Numbered from the whole stretch's first letter, positions 1 through 13,538 are shown. The stretch: DNA of 62,460 nucleotides, filler included, from Squatina squatina (GCA_031763465.1; 4 parts of 3 records of this genome joined end to end with filler, not necessarily neighbours in it), one strand, 5' to 3'. Notes: generated by a model not told the origin, from the sequence alone. Numbers and translations: made by a program.

Positions 1-1789
1 ACCATAAAAGCTGTGGTACTCCATCTCTGCAGCCTGGAGTCGTGCAAATAGACTTTTATGGATATATAATAAAAATAGGCTTGGACATTTCACTATTAAA
101 AATAAGTTATCGTTGTGTTCATTCTGAACTAGTGCTCTTGAACCAAGTGCAAAATCATTAAATCAATTCATGTAATCTGTGAATGCATTTAAATTCTTAT
201 GTTTAAAATTATTGATTAAAGTAAAATGAAATCTCTGCTCTTGTTTGTTATATTTAAATCTGAGCTAAAACCCATCAAAACACTTCTTCATCATTGAGTT
301 ACGTTTACTGCACAGCGTGATTTGCTGTGTACATCACTGATGGTGCCAATCTAGGAATATGTTTTGACTGCTAGTAATAATTATCAGATTTCAGTTCTTG
401 TTGTTGCTATTAGTCTATCAGCTGTTAGCCAGTATAAATAGCACAATGAAGGATCTGATTGTTTGTACATGAATGGCATTAAATCATTTATTATGTTCAA
501 CATGATCCAACCCGTGTCTTAAGAATCACCAAGATACAATGTTCAACTTTCACTGATAAACAACTTATAACCACATTTTCCATAATTTATAGCAGAGTTA
601 GTTTAAGTTATTTCAAATAAATTGTATGCTGATATGCATTTGTGCATTTCCTTTTAAATGTGGCACTTACAAATACAGGACTTCTCTTATAATGTGCTTT
701 CTGTACATTTTTACATTCTAAAGGTGAGTATGGATTATATTTACCTTAAGGTTCAAATCATTTCCAAAGGGGCCTAATTTTAGACGAAGACCAGCAAATA
801 TACAAATGTGCCCCCTCATTGATTCATACCTCACAAGTATGCCAGATCGGTCACTCGAGCGCCCAATTGGTCTGCCCTAAGTTTGTAGCGCAAGGGGACC
901 AAAATCTCACATTTTAATCACAGTTTTGCTCCAAGCTGCTAAGTCGGAGAATTCAGGTCTTTGACAAATTTTTTTGGGCAGCTTAAACCTGGTGCAAAAA
1001 ACNNNNNNNNNNNNNNNNNNNNNNNNNNNNNNNNNNNNNNNNNNNNNNNNNNNNNNNNNNNNNNNNNNNNNNNNNNNNNNNNNNNNNNNNNNNNNNNNNN
1101 NNTGTACATTTGCGGTCAGACTCTGAACTTTCAAGATTACCCCAAACCCTTTACTTTGTTAGGAAAGGATCTGGCCTGACAAGTTCCTATAACAACATTA
1201 GTCATAACTTATGAGGCAACCGGCTTTGGTATAGATACTGCTATGCCAAGTTGGCTGCTTTCCGAACATGAAAATGTATGTTGATTTGGTAACTTATCCA
1301 ATAGTAATTAGATCCATACACATCTAGTAATTGCTTGTTCAAAGGAAATGAAGTCCGTCAGTTCACGAGGGACTTTGTTTAAAATGCCAATTTGGCAAGG
1401 GTGTTTTTACAAACTATAAGCAAGAGGACTACAATCTGTGACAAATTGAATTTTTATGCAAGATCAAATCTAACAGGTGCTAAATACCTGAAGGGCTGTG
1501 CACAGCAAACATCAATAACTTACAATGTGATTTACTTGTTCCTCTACCCTGCTTGTCATCTTCTGTCTATTGCTGTTACCTCGGCTATGCTTGCTATCTT
1601 TTGGCCCCTGCTGCCCAGCTTCTAGCCACCACAGTTCCTCTTGCCTGGGAGTATTTTTTCTTCCAGCTGCTGCTATTTCTTTTCACTTCTGTCTGTCTGA
1701 CTGTCTCTCTCGCTCTCTCACACACACACACACACACTTCCCACAGTAATCAGTAAAAGATACCCTTCAAGATAATGTAGATAATGTTT

Positions 1790-1899
1790 TTTCCCACATT
1801 ACAACAATGACTACACTCCAAAAGTACTTAATTGGCTGTAAAGTGCTTTGAGATGTCCAGTGGTCATGAAAGGCGCTATATAAATGCAAGTCTTTCTTT
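1790..1899 (+). mobile_element. 3' tail of a Deu-domain SINE (SacSINE1-like, L2-type tail)
   Basis: gactacactccaaaagtacttaattggctgtaaagtgctttgagatgtcc...aaggcgctatataaatgcaagtctttcttt. Same tail as the copy at 22860-22960. Confidence 0.75.
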
Positions 1900-2729
1900 N
1901 NNNNNNNNNNNNNNNNNNNNNNNNNNNNNNNNNNNNNNNNNNNNNNNNNNNNNNNNNNNNNNNNNNNNNNNNNNNNNNNNNNNNNNNNNNNNNNNNNNNC
2001 CCGCATCCCCCCGCACCTGCAGGTGGGACCTGGGAAAATCCAGCCCATTAACTCTTGTTTCTCTCTCCACAGGCGCTGCCTGACCAGTTGAGTATTTCCA
2101 GCATTTTCTGTTTGTATTGCAAAAAAAATTATAGCATGTTACTATGTTTAAAATTGCTTCAATGTATTTTAGGTCAGATCTTTATAAGTAACAAAGTTCA
2201 ACAATAAGAATAACAATAATAATTAAGTAAATTTTAAATATTATTGGCAAATCCATCAGAGAAGATTTCATAACTAATGCTATATCTTATTTGCTGTGCA
2301 TTTAAAGGGAGAGCAAAGTATCACTTAGCAGAGTTGAAAGACTTCGCGATTGTGTGGGTTCCCTCAGCCAGGGAATTGACCAGTTTTAGCAATCAATTTC
2401 TTCTGGAATTTACGGATGTTTTGGGGAGCCAGGTTACTGTATTTCTCCACTGTTGAACATGTTTTACCATGTACTATCTTGCATTAAAGAACACATCTTA
2501 ATAACTAACACATTTTCTGCAGTGACCCAAATGTTGAAAAAAATGTAAAAGTGCTTGTCCAACCCTTTCAGTGACTCTGTGTAGGCAACACTATTTTGCT
2601 TGCAGTAAATGTATGATTAAAGATGTCTTGGTACAATGAAGCAAAAAGTAATTTTTACTGAAAAGTGATCTCCTTTGCACCTTCTCCTCCCCCACCAAAG
2701 TTTAAGGCAGGGCATCACGACTGCATAGC

Positions 2730-2895
2730 TCGACATGGTGAAACTGTGCAATACGCAGCAGACACAGATAATTTAGGAAACCTTGTTAGGGATATAGAGC
2801 AGAAATTAGGGCAGGTCTCCCATCCCCAACCAGATCTGCGTAACCAACAGAATATTTGCCTGAGCATGCCAATGGTACGTTCCACACAGACAGAA
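2730..2895 (-). mobile_element. Decayed PIF/Harbinger transposase fragment (C-terminal DDE region)
   Basis: VERTIGMLRQIFCWLRRSG then, frameshifted, LYIPNKVS*IICVCCVLHS. Resembles the HARBI1-type motif IERTIG.LK.RFRCLDRSGG.LQY.P.KV..I...CC.LHN. Confidence 0.7.
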
Positions 2896-3989
2896 ACAGC
2901 AGAAGGATCATTAGAAAGCCAGAGAGGGAGAGACAAAGAATTAGATAGGGGATGACAGGCAGAGATAGTCACAGGGGCAGCGTGACACATAAACAATTTG
3001 CCTGTATGCAATGGCACAGAACATCAATGAATATTATATAAAGGATCATCAGATGGCGGTTGCTGAATTAAAGATGTATATGTAGTCTCAAATTGATTTG
3101 ATTCACCTTAACAAGCACAAGACCAATAACGAACGTGTGAGCATTTATTTCCTGAGAAAACTTAATACATAAAAAGTATATTCTATCTTTTCATTCCTGC
3201 AAATTGGCTGCCAATGCACCATGGTGAGGTAACTGCAAAACTGAGTTAGCTGCCTATAATGGAGAAGGCATTGTGAAACAATGGGTTGTTATAACAAATA
3301 TTAACAGCATTTAAGTGATTACACTGCCACATATCTAAAATTGGGAAAAGGTTGAGAAGATGTCACTCCCTATCCAGAGTTTCAAAAGAATCCCTCCACT
3401 GGATCACACTGCTTACCCTTTCAACAGCTATCATTCAAGCCATCACCTGGGGAACAGGGGAAACAGAAGCAAATTCTCGGAAATCTAAATTTGAGTTGCT
3501 CCTGTCAGAGAGGATCTGTTCTGATGTGTGGAGCTGCAGTTTACAGTGAGGTAATTTCTGAGAAATTCTTGTATATTCTGCACTAAATGAGCTGAGGAAG
3601 ATCAGATCTCAGAAGCTGAAATCTTACTATGCTTTACTCTTATTAAACTGAAAGCATTCATTTAGTTGATGTATGTATACCTCACATTGATGCTGCAATG
3701 TTTGGTTAAGTGAACAGCCCACACATAGTACTGTGTAAACATTTGTATAAAATCCATTTGTCCCCACCCACCCACACTGAAAACAAAATTATAGATTGGA
3801 AAAAGTGTGTTAATTTAAACTCTTGGGTATGAAATATTATACTAAATAGTGTAGTTTATCCAGACATGATTCATTTTCATTTTTAAACAATAGGATCCTG
3901 ACTTGTAGTGAGATAGCTTTCACGCTGTGTGAGCGCATCAGAAAATTGTGGGAAGCAGGCTCCGGATTTTCTGATGAGTGCTTGTGGCT

Positions 3990-4159
3990 TCATGCCCTCA
4001 CTCTACCAATACCATTAAGCCAGGGGACCAACCCTGGTTCAACAAGGAGTGTAGAAGAGCATGCCAGGAACAGCACCAGGCATACCTAAAAATGAGGTGC
4101 CAACCTGGGGAAGCTACAACACAGGACTACATGCAAGCTAAAAAGTGGAAGCAGCATGC
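3990..4159 (+). mobile_element. LINE (CR1/L2 group) ORF2 fragment
   Basis: IKPGDQPWFNKECRRACQEQHQAYLKMRCQPG, the PWF tether region between endonuclease and RT. Confidence 0.75.
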
Positions 4160-4259
4160 NNNNNNNNNNNNNNNNNNNNNNNNNNNNNNNNNNNNNNNNN
4201 NNNNNNNNNNNNNNNNNNNNNNNNNNNNNNNNNNNNNNNNNNNNNNNNNNNNNNNNNNN

Positions 4260-4455
4260 CTGCCTGAAAGGGTGGTTGAAGCAGATTCAATGGTAACTTT
4301 CAAAAGGGAATTCGATATATGTCTGAAAAAGAAACATTTGCATGGCTACGGAGAAAGAGCAGAGATTTTGGCACTAATGGGGTAGCTCTTTCAAAGAGCC
4401 GGCTTGGGCACAGTGGGCGAGATGACCTCCTTCTGTGCTGTAAGATTCTATGATG
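4260..4455 (+). mobile_element. CR1-type LINE 3' end
   Basis: LPERVVEADSMVTFKREFDICL plus a 3'UTR also seen at 32060-32220 and 41960-42165. Confidence 0.8.
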
Positions 4456-5039
4456 TATTAGTAAGCATCGTATCAAAGCAAATAGTCAATTTCAACATGT
4501 GTTTTTGTTTTTCTTTCTTCCCATTTTTCAACTTCTGTCTTGAACACTGTCTGCCTCTCTGAGCACCAGTTGTTTTGGATTTCAGCCGGCATTAAAGAAA
4601 CCCACTTAACAAGCTAAGCTGTTTCACTCCATTTTGTCTGGCTTCATTTCGAACCCAAGATAATAGATTCACTTGCTGCAATACACCTTTTTCAGGAAAA
4701 ACATTAACAAAGTAAACATCTCCTTTCTGAGAAAAACATTTCAGCAGCAACCAAGTGCCAAGCTTGTGATATTTTAATAACTGAAACAACAGATATGAGT
4801 GTTTCTTACCCACACATATAACATTGTCCTGCCTATTATTACAAAAATTGGAAAAATACAGATAAGTTTAGAAACCTCTGATCATAGGTATTTGACACGG
4901 CCAGTTTGCATTTCATGGGCATTGTCCATGTGTCTGCGTNNNNNNNNNNNNNNNNNNNNNNNNNNNNNNNNNNNNNNNNNNNNNNNNNNNNNNNNNNNNN
5001 NNNNNNNNNNNNNNNNNNNNNNNNNNNNNNNNNNNNNNN

Positions 5040-5125
5040 CTATACTCAAATCCTCTTGCTATGAATGCCAACATGCCATTGGCTTTCTTCACTGCCTGCT
5101 GTACCTGCGGAATCAGGCGGAAGTC
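5040..5125 (-). mobile_element. CR1 LINE RT fragment
   Basis: QVQQAVKKANGMLAFIARGFEY. Confidence 0.85.
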
Positions 5126-6749
5126 CAATATTAATTGGTGGCATACGAGGGATGTGGCAAAAATTACCCTCTGCTCTATAGGCTAACACATGAATAACTT
5201 CCAGGGTGAGATATCAGAGGCCACCATTATCCACAGTGCCATACCCTATCAAGAATGGAGAAAATTGGTAGGAAAGGATTTAAAATGAAAAACAACAGCC
5301 ACAAAACATGAGATGATCTGCTGACAAACACCAGGAATCCATTAACTAATACATTGCTTATTGTTCTTAGTTCATTTTCTGACATTATCAACTCGAACTG
5401 GTTATTAATCATTCAATATCAAAGGCCCGATCCAGCCACATACATCAGCCCAAATTCTAGCTTTAGTGCCCTGCCAACAATAATTGGCAGCGGGCATTGA
5501 TTTTCTTGGCCAGTGTTGTTTGTTTCTGTATTTCTGTTCAACAAAACTCAGATCTTACTGTATCTAATCACCTGAGGAAAAAAAATACCCACTGACAGCC
5601 GTGAAGATTTCAGAGAAAAGAACACTACAGCTACATCTCTCTTACCCATACTAAACCCCAACTCCAAGTACTAACACCCAAAACAAAAGGTCCAGCAAAT
5701 TTCAGGATCTGTGTAAAAAGCTTGTGCAGTACAATTAGAAAAAAGTGTATACTAATGAGATAGTACATTACAAAAACATTTGCTGAGCCAAGTGTATTTC
5801 GAATTGCCAAAAGGTGGGGTGCATTTAAAATATTGTTATTCAGTAATCACTGCTCACATACTGAGAACTGCAGAGTGCACTTATTTGCTCTAAAATCAGA
5901 TGTGTTTTCCCCCAGCTGTCAAGCCTCTCTCTAACAGAGCCTACATTATGTAAACAATGCACTATATTAAGCTTCACCTTTGCCATAACTCATGGCTGTT
6001 TACTCTTCCTCTACACCATAATAGCCAATGCTTTTTATGTTGTTTTTCAAAAGTTTTAAAACAATTCTTGAGGATCAAGGAAAATAGTTTTTTTATTTAT
6101 CTCCTTCCTGAATTTCCTGCTGTCCTGTCCTGAAGTGGATGATCTGTTGGCATTCAGTTCCACGGTGCATTCCCAGTTTGTGTAGCTGCACTCCACATCA
6201 CACTGTGCATTTACCCACTAAAACAGCAGAGGAGTCACCCCCAAGCAGTTAGGAAAGAGAATTCTCCTCTTCAGAGTAGAGATCCGGTGGGGCGACTTCT
6301 ACTTTTCCCCTTCGAATCGCCCCTGGAAAATCAATCAAGGCTCCTTACATGTGCAACGACAGGCTCCCAGTGTGATTCCTGCCATCAAGAGGGTGTACAC
6401 CAGTGAAGGAATATTCAGTAAGGGACCTGAAAGTGGTCTTTATTCTTATATTCTATGGTCCTATCTAGAAAATCCAAAATGCTGTTGGCCTTTTTTTATG
6501 GCTTTATCTACCTGCACTCAGACTTTTAGGAATTTATGGCTCAAATTTTCCTGCAGCTGCAAAATTCGTGACAAACACCATCAATCTCGCCGTCTAGTGT
6601 GCCAATCTTACCGTTACGAATTGGCTCCAAATTTTGCTAGTTTTCTNNNNNNNNNNNNNNNNNNNNNNNNNNNNNNNNNNNNNNNNNNNNNNNNNNNNNN
6701 NNNNNNNNNNNNNNNNNNNNNNNNNNNNNNNNNNNNNNNNNNNNNNTGA

Positions 6750-7350
6750 AGCTGCTTGCCATTCCATTGAAGTTGTTTGGCGTTCCACAGAAGCTGCAAC
6801 GTCTGCAGTGGAAGCCGCAACCTCAGTCATCACAGGACGCTGGCTGGAATTGGCCAGCCTCTCCACATTCCAGGCTCTGCGACAAGCCACGGTCCAAGCT
6901 GGAGGTGGACTCCTCCATCCCCATAGCCAAAATCCGTAAGCTTTCAGATAGGCTCTCCCTTGCACCAAGCACTTGGTTTGTCAAATCCATCAGCCTTCTT
7001 CTGAAATTTGGCCCTGCGAGATCCTCATCTGACCCCTCTACAGCAGAACTAGTATGTGACCTAGGCACCTGGCAAGGTGGCACCTGTGGTGTCCTTACCA
7101 CCTGGCATGGCTGCTGCCCACGAGTTCCTGGTGCATGTCACTATAAGGATGCCTGGTCCATCATAGCCGTGACATGGGATGTTGTTCTCGGAGCTGGTGC
7201 CTGTGACAGTGGTAGCAATTGACGCAGTGCCTTCTTCTTTGCTCTCCTCCTCTTCTTCCTCTAGGCGGGGGAGTGGGGTTGGGTGACTCTTCCTCTGCTC
7301 TGCCTATGGCCATGGTGTCTGCCACTCCCCTCTCGATTGCTGCCAGCACT
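6750..7350 (-). mobile_element. Probable Harbinger accessory-ORF (ORF2) relic
   Basis: GC-richer, frameshifted coiled-coil-like ORFs (SDEDLAGPNFRRRLMDLTNQVLGARESLSESLRILAMGMEES..; VAASTADVAASVERQT). These resemble my recall of ORF2 of chondrichthyan Harbingers. No Myb/SANT motif is visible. Confidence 0.45.
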
Positions 7351-9076
7351 ACCTCCTCAAGGGGAGTGATCTCATGGATTCATGCTTCTCCTCCCCCGGT
7401 CAAGTCCTGCTGGCACCTATTATGTGTTATCTTATTCTGGTACAGCGATAACCACAGGCAGCACTGAGATTAAAATATGGCAGATATCAAGAGAACAGGC
7501 AAGGTTCCTTGGCCAAGCAATTTGATTGGTTTGTTGTTGTGCATCACCTGCGATGCAATAGAAAATATTGTACAACTGACAGGTTTTACATTTATATTGT
7601 TTTTTTTTCTTTAGAAGAAGTGTTTGCTTATCCTTCCTTTAATAGTGGCATTGTCTTCTGGCTGGGATAACTTAATGCTGGTGTGTTAGGAATCGCCACA
7701 GTGATAAACTCTCCACCTCAGATTCACGGTTTGCTCCATTTTTTCAGTCAGAACTTTTTTCCACTCATTGCACTTTAATTTTAATCGGNNNNNNNNNNNN
7801 NNNNNNNNNNNNNNNNNNNNNNNNNNNNNNNNNNNNNNNNNNNNNNNNNNNNNNNNNNNNNNNNNNNNNNNNNNNNNNNNNNNNNNNNGATTTGTCAATG
7901 ATCTGTGGGGAAAGGGGGTAACCCAGTTCAAAGGAAGTCCAAGGCCCAATTCACAAAAAGATTTAAGAAGCACCTTCCCGAAAAGTCCCTTTGTGGACTT
8001 ATTAATATCCTGTTGCATAAGTATTGTACTGTTTGGTATCTTGCTATATCTTTACTTCAATATATTTTATCTATAAATAAATGTGACAAAGTAGGTTGTG
8101 GTTATATACATTGTACTCTCGCAATGTGCTATTTTTCCACCTTTTGAGACGATGAAAGGACATCGTGGGTGTGGGAATGAGGGTTCATATTACTTGTGTA
8201 CCTCAAGCGTTCTTTCTGGGCGGTCTGTGAGACCAGCACACAATGAGTTAAAAGTTAAAACAGCTTTCTGCTGAGCACGGGTTGTAAATTGTGTCAGAGT
8301 ATTTTAAAGCAAGGATATCTTCACAGGAAAGTAAAATAGTAAAATGTGTAAGGGTCATTCAGCCATATCTGTAATGGTCTGGAATATGTCAGCTTAGTCA
8401 CTTAGGGGAATGCAAAGAATTTATGATGGAAATTAGGTCACTTCTGTTTCTGAAAGTGCATGTTTGTTGGGTTTATGTTGTTATTCTGTTGGCTTTGTGT
8501 ACTATGATTTATTGTTGATTGGTGATATGAATGGAATGTAGTGATCAAAAGTGAAATTGTTAAAAGACATGTGAATGAACCACTGCTCAGCAGCTTGTTC
8601 TCATACTGGAATGGTGCAATATGGAAAGATCTGAACTTTCATCTTGGTTTTGTGAAGTATGAAAAGACCTGTGCACTCATACTGGAATCATGAAGTGTGA
8701 TGCCTTACAGAGCCCATACTTGTTGTGGATAGTATGGGATATCAATAAAGGCTGATCCTGCATTGCTACAACGGAGTGTGTGTAATCTGGCGTTTGAAGT
8801 AACAAGACGAAAAAGAACAAGAAAGCAGCCCAACAGTTCGTATCCGTGTAATCTCCAGTAAGCGATACAGTAATTTGTTCATTGTTAGACCAGGGCTACG
8901 CTACCCCTTATTTAGCAGAGAATAGAAGCATAAGTGATGGCTCATAAGAGGTTCAATCTGTTTATTGAAAGTGTAGTTTCTCCAGAAACACAAGAAAATT
9001 GTTGGGAAAAACCTCAAATTGCAACAATTAGTGGCAGTTATTAAAGTGAAATAAATCTCATGCAGAGACCAACCAA

Positions 9077-9445
9077 GGGGGCTGAAAATCTGCAAATATT
9101 CCAGTATACTCCCACCAATATTTCTGTGGGAGTGCTTCAGTGGAATGGCCATAAACGAGGCCCAGATACAGTGGCTCCTAAACCAGTGCCAAAGAATCTG
9201 GGGCCAGGATTGAGGCCTGTGCCCATGAAGATGAATTTATGTTTAGAAGCAAAATGTATTGCTGGATTCTCTGACATGAATACAATAGTGGACACCTTAA
9301 AATGTGCCCCTACTGGTGCAGGTACGCATAATGCCAGGCAAATGAAGGGGCCTCCAACTGAATGTGTGAACTTTGTCGGGGTCAGTAGTGGTGGGCACAT
9401 CCAGGCAGATGTGCCAACACCCTCTGCCCCACAGATTTTCAGAGT
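9077..9445. mobile_element. Candidate MITE (non-autonomous DNA transposon)
   Basis: Inverted termini CTGAAAATCTG (9082-9092) and CAGATTTTCAG (9432-9442) enclose a GC-richer interior. Confidence 0.45.
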
Positions 9446-10464
9446 AAAAGTGATTAATGTTTAAATCAAATTTTCAGAAGCAAACAGCAGATAGAATCAA
9501 CACAAGAACAAGAAAGCAGAAAGAAGTAGAAATAGATAAAATGAGCTCAACTGGTAGTGGGGCAAAACCAGCAATGATGTGAAGCTGAATGCATAGAGTA
9601 GTAAAATGGTAGGAAAAGGAACAGCACCAGTACAAGGAAAAGCTGAGGAAAACAAGCATAATTTTCAGCACATGGATGAGCAGCACAGACATGAAACAGA
9701 AAAGGTGAGCACTCAAATTAGCAGAGAGAGGGGTAATGAATACAAGATTAATGAGTGAGCATCCAGTTGATTCAGCCCATAATTCAGTACAAAACAGCCC
9801 TATTAAATATGACCTTATTCCAAATTTTAAGAAAAGAAACAGCATTAACAGATTTTTAAGGAAGTTTCAATTTTTACTAAAGTGAAGGAGAGAAGTAGGG
9901 GCAGACACGTTGGTAATGTCACTCAGCGATAGGGTGCTTACTGCATTTTCTCAAATAAATCTACACTAACGTATACAGAATGATGTAGCAAAACAAGCAA
10001 TTCTGCTTCTAACCTCATGCCAGAAGTGTGTAAATGGGAATTTAAAACTTTATCCATAGAAATGAAGGACATATGGAAATTGTGTTTAGAGGGAAAGAAT
10101 GTAACAGCGTTTGATTAAGTATGAGATGTTAAGGAATCATTTTCTGGAAGCTATTATAGATGATTTAAGAATATAATTGCTTAACCAAGAAACTAGAAAC
10201 TTAAGTCAAAAGACTGAGCAAGCCAAGCATTATGCAGCCTCACAAGTGCCAGAAATATATCAAATGGACAGGAAGAATATGTCCTAAAGAAGCGAAATAC
10301 TGCGGATGCTGGAATCTAGAATACAAACAAAAAATGCTGGAAAAACTCAGGTCAGGCAGCATCTNNNNNNNNNNNNNNNNNNNNNNNNNNNNNNNNNNNN
10401 NNNNNNNNNNNNNNNNNNNNNNNNNNNNNNNNNNNNNNNNNNNNNNNNNNNNNNNNNNNNNNNN

Positions 10465-10965
10465 CCCACTATTTGGCGGTCTATAGAATACATCTAGTAG
10501 TGTAATTACACCTCTATTATACCTTAACTCTAGCCATATAGATTCTGTCTTGATCCCTCCAGGACATCCTCTATCTCCAGAACTATAACATTCTCAACCA
10601 ATTCTGCTACACCACCTTCTATTTTTCCTTTCCTATCTTTCCTGAACACCTTATAACCAGGAACGTTTAATACCAAATCCTGCCCTTTTTTGAGCCAGGT
10701 CTCAGTAATTGCCACATCGTAGTCCCATGTGACTATTTGTGCCTGCAGCTCATTTACCTGGTTTTACTACACTTCGTACATTCACATATATACACTGTAG
10801 ATCCACCTTAGACCATCCTGTATTCTCTCTTAGTTTTACCCCACCTAATACCTTACAATTTCTTACTTTAGCACTCTATGCCTCTCCCCATCCTTCAAAC
10901 ACTTTATTTCCCCATTGTGAAGCTACATCCCCCTGTCAAATTAGTTTAAACCCTCCCCAACAGCA
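10465..10965 (-). mobile_element. CR1 LINE endonuclease-region fragment
   Basis: YDVAITETWLKKGQDLVLNVPGYKVFRKDRKGKIEGGVA, the APE endonuclease ETWL/RKDR/GGVA motifs. Confidence 0.85.
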
Positions 10966-11099
10966 NNNNNNNNNNNNNNNNNNNNNNNNNNNNNNNNNNN
11001 NNNNNNNNNNNNNNNNNNNNNNNNNNNNNNNNNNNNNNNNNNNNNNNNNNNNNNNNNNNNNNNNNCGAAGTCGTGGTGAATGACATATGCTGACAAAAT

Positions 11100-11443
11100 C
11101 TATGACAGTCTCTTTTTAAGGAACAAGAAAGCTAAATATCCTATTCCTCCCAGTAGGCTTACGATAAAACTAGCTCCCAAAAATGAGGGAGCACGTTTTT
11201 TAGCAACCCGAAAAGCTGTAGGCAGTACTGCTGATAGTAAAATGTTGTTTACATTCCCCAAGACCTTTCGAAAAGTCCTTTGCTGCAACACACGGGCATA
11301 ATACGATTCTAAATTTGGTCGTTTTCCATTTCCCCAGTATTTTCTGGCAAGTCCAAGAAACTTCAGCCGATGCAATGTTACACTGAGAGATACATCTGCA
11401 AGACTAAAGAACTCACCACAGAGCCATGGCTGATGTCCTTCTT
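11100..11443 (-). CDS. GDAP1: GDAP1 (GST-like mitochondrial outer-membrane protein), last coding exon
   Basis: Acceptor ttctttttcttgagtAG (AG at 11445-11444). Translates EEGHQPWLCGEFFSLADVSLSVTLHRLKFLGLARKYWGNGKRPNLESYYARVLQQRTFRKVLGNVNNILLSAVLPTAFRVAKKRAP..TM..KKRLS*, with TAG at 11102-11100. Matches the recalled GDAP1 C-terminus (WGNGKRPNLE, NNIL.SAVLPTAFRVAKKRAP). Confidence 0.93.
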
Positions 11444-12254
11444 CTACTCAAGAAAAAGAAACTTACATTAATATTTCTATTAATTACCATATATTGTAAG
11501 TTGCATTGCTTTAATAATTGCTACAAATTATTACAAGACAAAACACGTTGCTTTGTGATTCAACCATTGCAAATCTTTCTGCCAATAAAGGTACTGATCA
11601 ATAAAATAAAAACTCCAGTTAATTTTCAGAAATTTTTTTTTCTTTTTTAAATATGGCCTGTAACACCCAGAAAGTTTTTTGTTAAACAAAAAGCCCATTT
11701 TAGATTTTAATTTAATTGTCCACTTTTTCCAAATTTCTGGCCAAATGTGCTACCTTCCAAGACCAGACTACCTACTTCAGCTGGGAGGGATAGTGTAGNN
11801 NNNNNNNNNNNNNNNNNNNNNNNNNNNNNNNNNNNNNNNNNNNNNNNNNNNNNNNNNNNNNNNNNNNNNNNNNNNNNNNNNNNNNNNNNNNNNNNNNNNN
11901 NNNNNNNNNNNNNNNNNNNNNNNNNNNNNNNNNNNNNNNNNNNNNNNNNNNNNNNNNNNNNNNNNNNNNNNNNNNNNNNNNNNNNNNNNNNNNNNNNNNN
12001 NNNNNNNNNNNNNNNNNNNNNNNNNNNNNNNNNNNNNNNNNNNNNNNNNNNNNNNNNNNNNNNNNNNNNNNNNNNNNNNNNNNNNNNNNNNNNNNNNNNN
12101 NNNNNNNNNNNNNNNNNNNNNNNNNNNNNNNNNNNNNNNNNNNNNNNNNNNNNNNNNNNNNNNNNNNNNNNNNNNNNNNNNNNNNNNNNNNNNNNNNNNN
12201 NNNNNNNNNNNNNNNNTGTTTTGGGATGTGTTTGTGTTTTTCATCTTTTTTTGA

Positions 12255-12520
12255 AGTTTTGACAGATCACTTAGAACTGTTAAAACTTCAATAAAAGATA
12301 CTTCCACCTGGTTGGCTGGGGCCTCCTATGTGACCTCTCCAGCCTCTTCAGTCAGCCTGCCCGAGAAACTAGAGAGTCCCGCTCCGAATCTCCAACTCGG
12401 GGGGTCTGAATATCACAAACTCGCGTGGATCCAGGACCCTTAGGCAAGTACATAGAGTAAATTGCTATCGGAGGTATCTGCACGCAGGAAGCCTCCGATC
12501 GCATTTTCAGAGCCTGTAAG
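12255..12520 (-). mobile_element. Partial copy of Harbinger-type MITE family A
   Basis: Shares ttggctggggcctcc.atgtgacctctccagcctc...tccgaatctccaactcg...ggatccaggacccttagg with 16625-16853 and, in reverse, with 29560-29860. Confidence 0.7.
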
Positions 12521-13538
12521 TGGCTTCAGTCACCCACATCAGCGAAGGGAAAATTCATCTAGGGTTCCTACTCCTGATTGCCACCGAGCAACCTCTACTG
12601 AAAGTATGCAGATATGGATGTTGGGCAAGGACGAGACTTAGCTGTAATGTTCCTTATGGTCAAATGACCTGCAGACATTCACTCACATGAAAAGAGGGGC
12701 ATCTGCGGAACCATACCCCAGCGAACAGTCAAGCAGACAAAATTGGCAAGGAAAATATTTTTATATAAATAAAAGTGCTTATGTCTTCCAATACAAAATG
12801 ACTTAATTGAGTTGCTGCAACATTGTGGAACTACAAGTTTTTCCAGCAACCACACAACAAAACAATGCATAAGAGGCAGTGGGGGAAAATAGCTTTAAGC
12901 TTTTACACAGTCTAATCTCACCAAGCAGAAAAAGGATTACTTTTAAACTAAGGTCAAATCATAAAATTCATGAACACAACAAAAACTTAAATTTATATGG
13001 CACCATACGCATAAAAAAACATCCCGAAGCACTTCATATCAGAGGAGACGAAGCAGGAACTGAAACGTTATGGGCAGGCGAGGAGAGGTGGCAAGGCAGA
13101 AGGATTTAGAAAAGAAAGATTTCCACAGAATGGAGGCACAGGGGCTGAGATCTCTGCTGCTGACAAATTACAATACTTCAAATGCATATACTACTGAACA
13201 GTAGTGTAGTGCACTGACCCTCCAATTCGGAGACAGGCACTTGCACATAACCTACTACGTGACAGATTTCTGATATCAGCCAGACTATTTTAGAGAGGTG
13301 TTTCCCAACAGGAGGGGAAGGAAATCTGAAGACAAGACACCTTAGGCTGAGTCTACGTTCGCAGATCTCTTGGAGCACCAACAAGAAAACCCCAAGACAG
13401 CAGGGTGCCTGCTTCTGCCACGGTGGGGGATAATGATTGCCATAAGTCAAGTTAAAGATGAATAATGAAATGAGGGACAAACTGAAAGCAAAAGCAAAAC
13501 AGTGTCTACATGTAAAAGGTAATTTATTTGATACAGAC

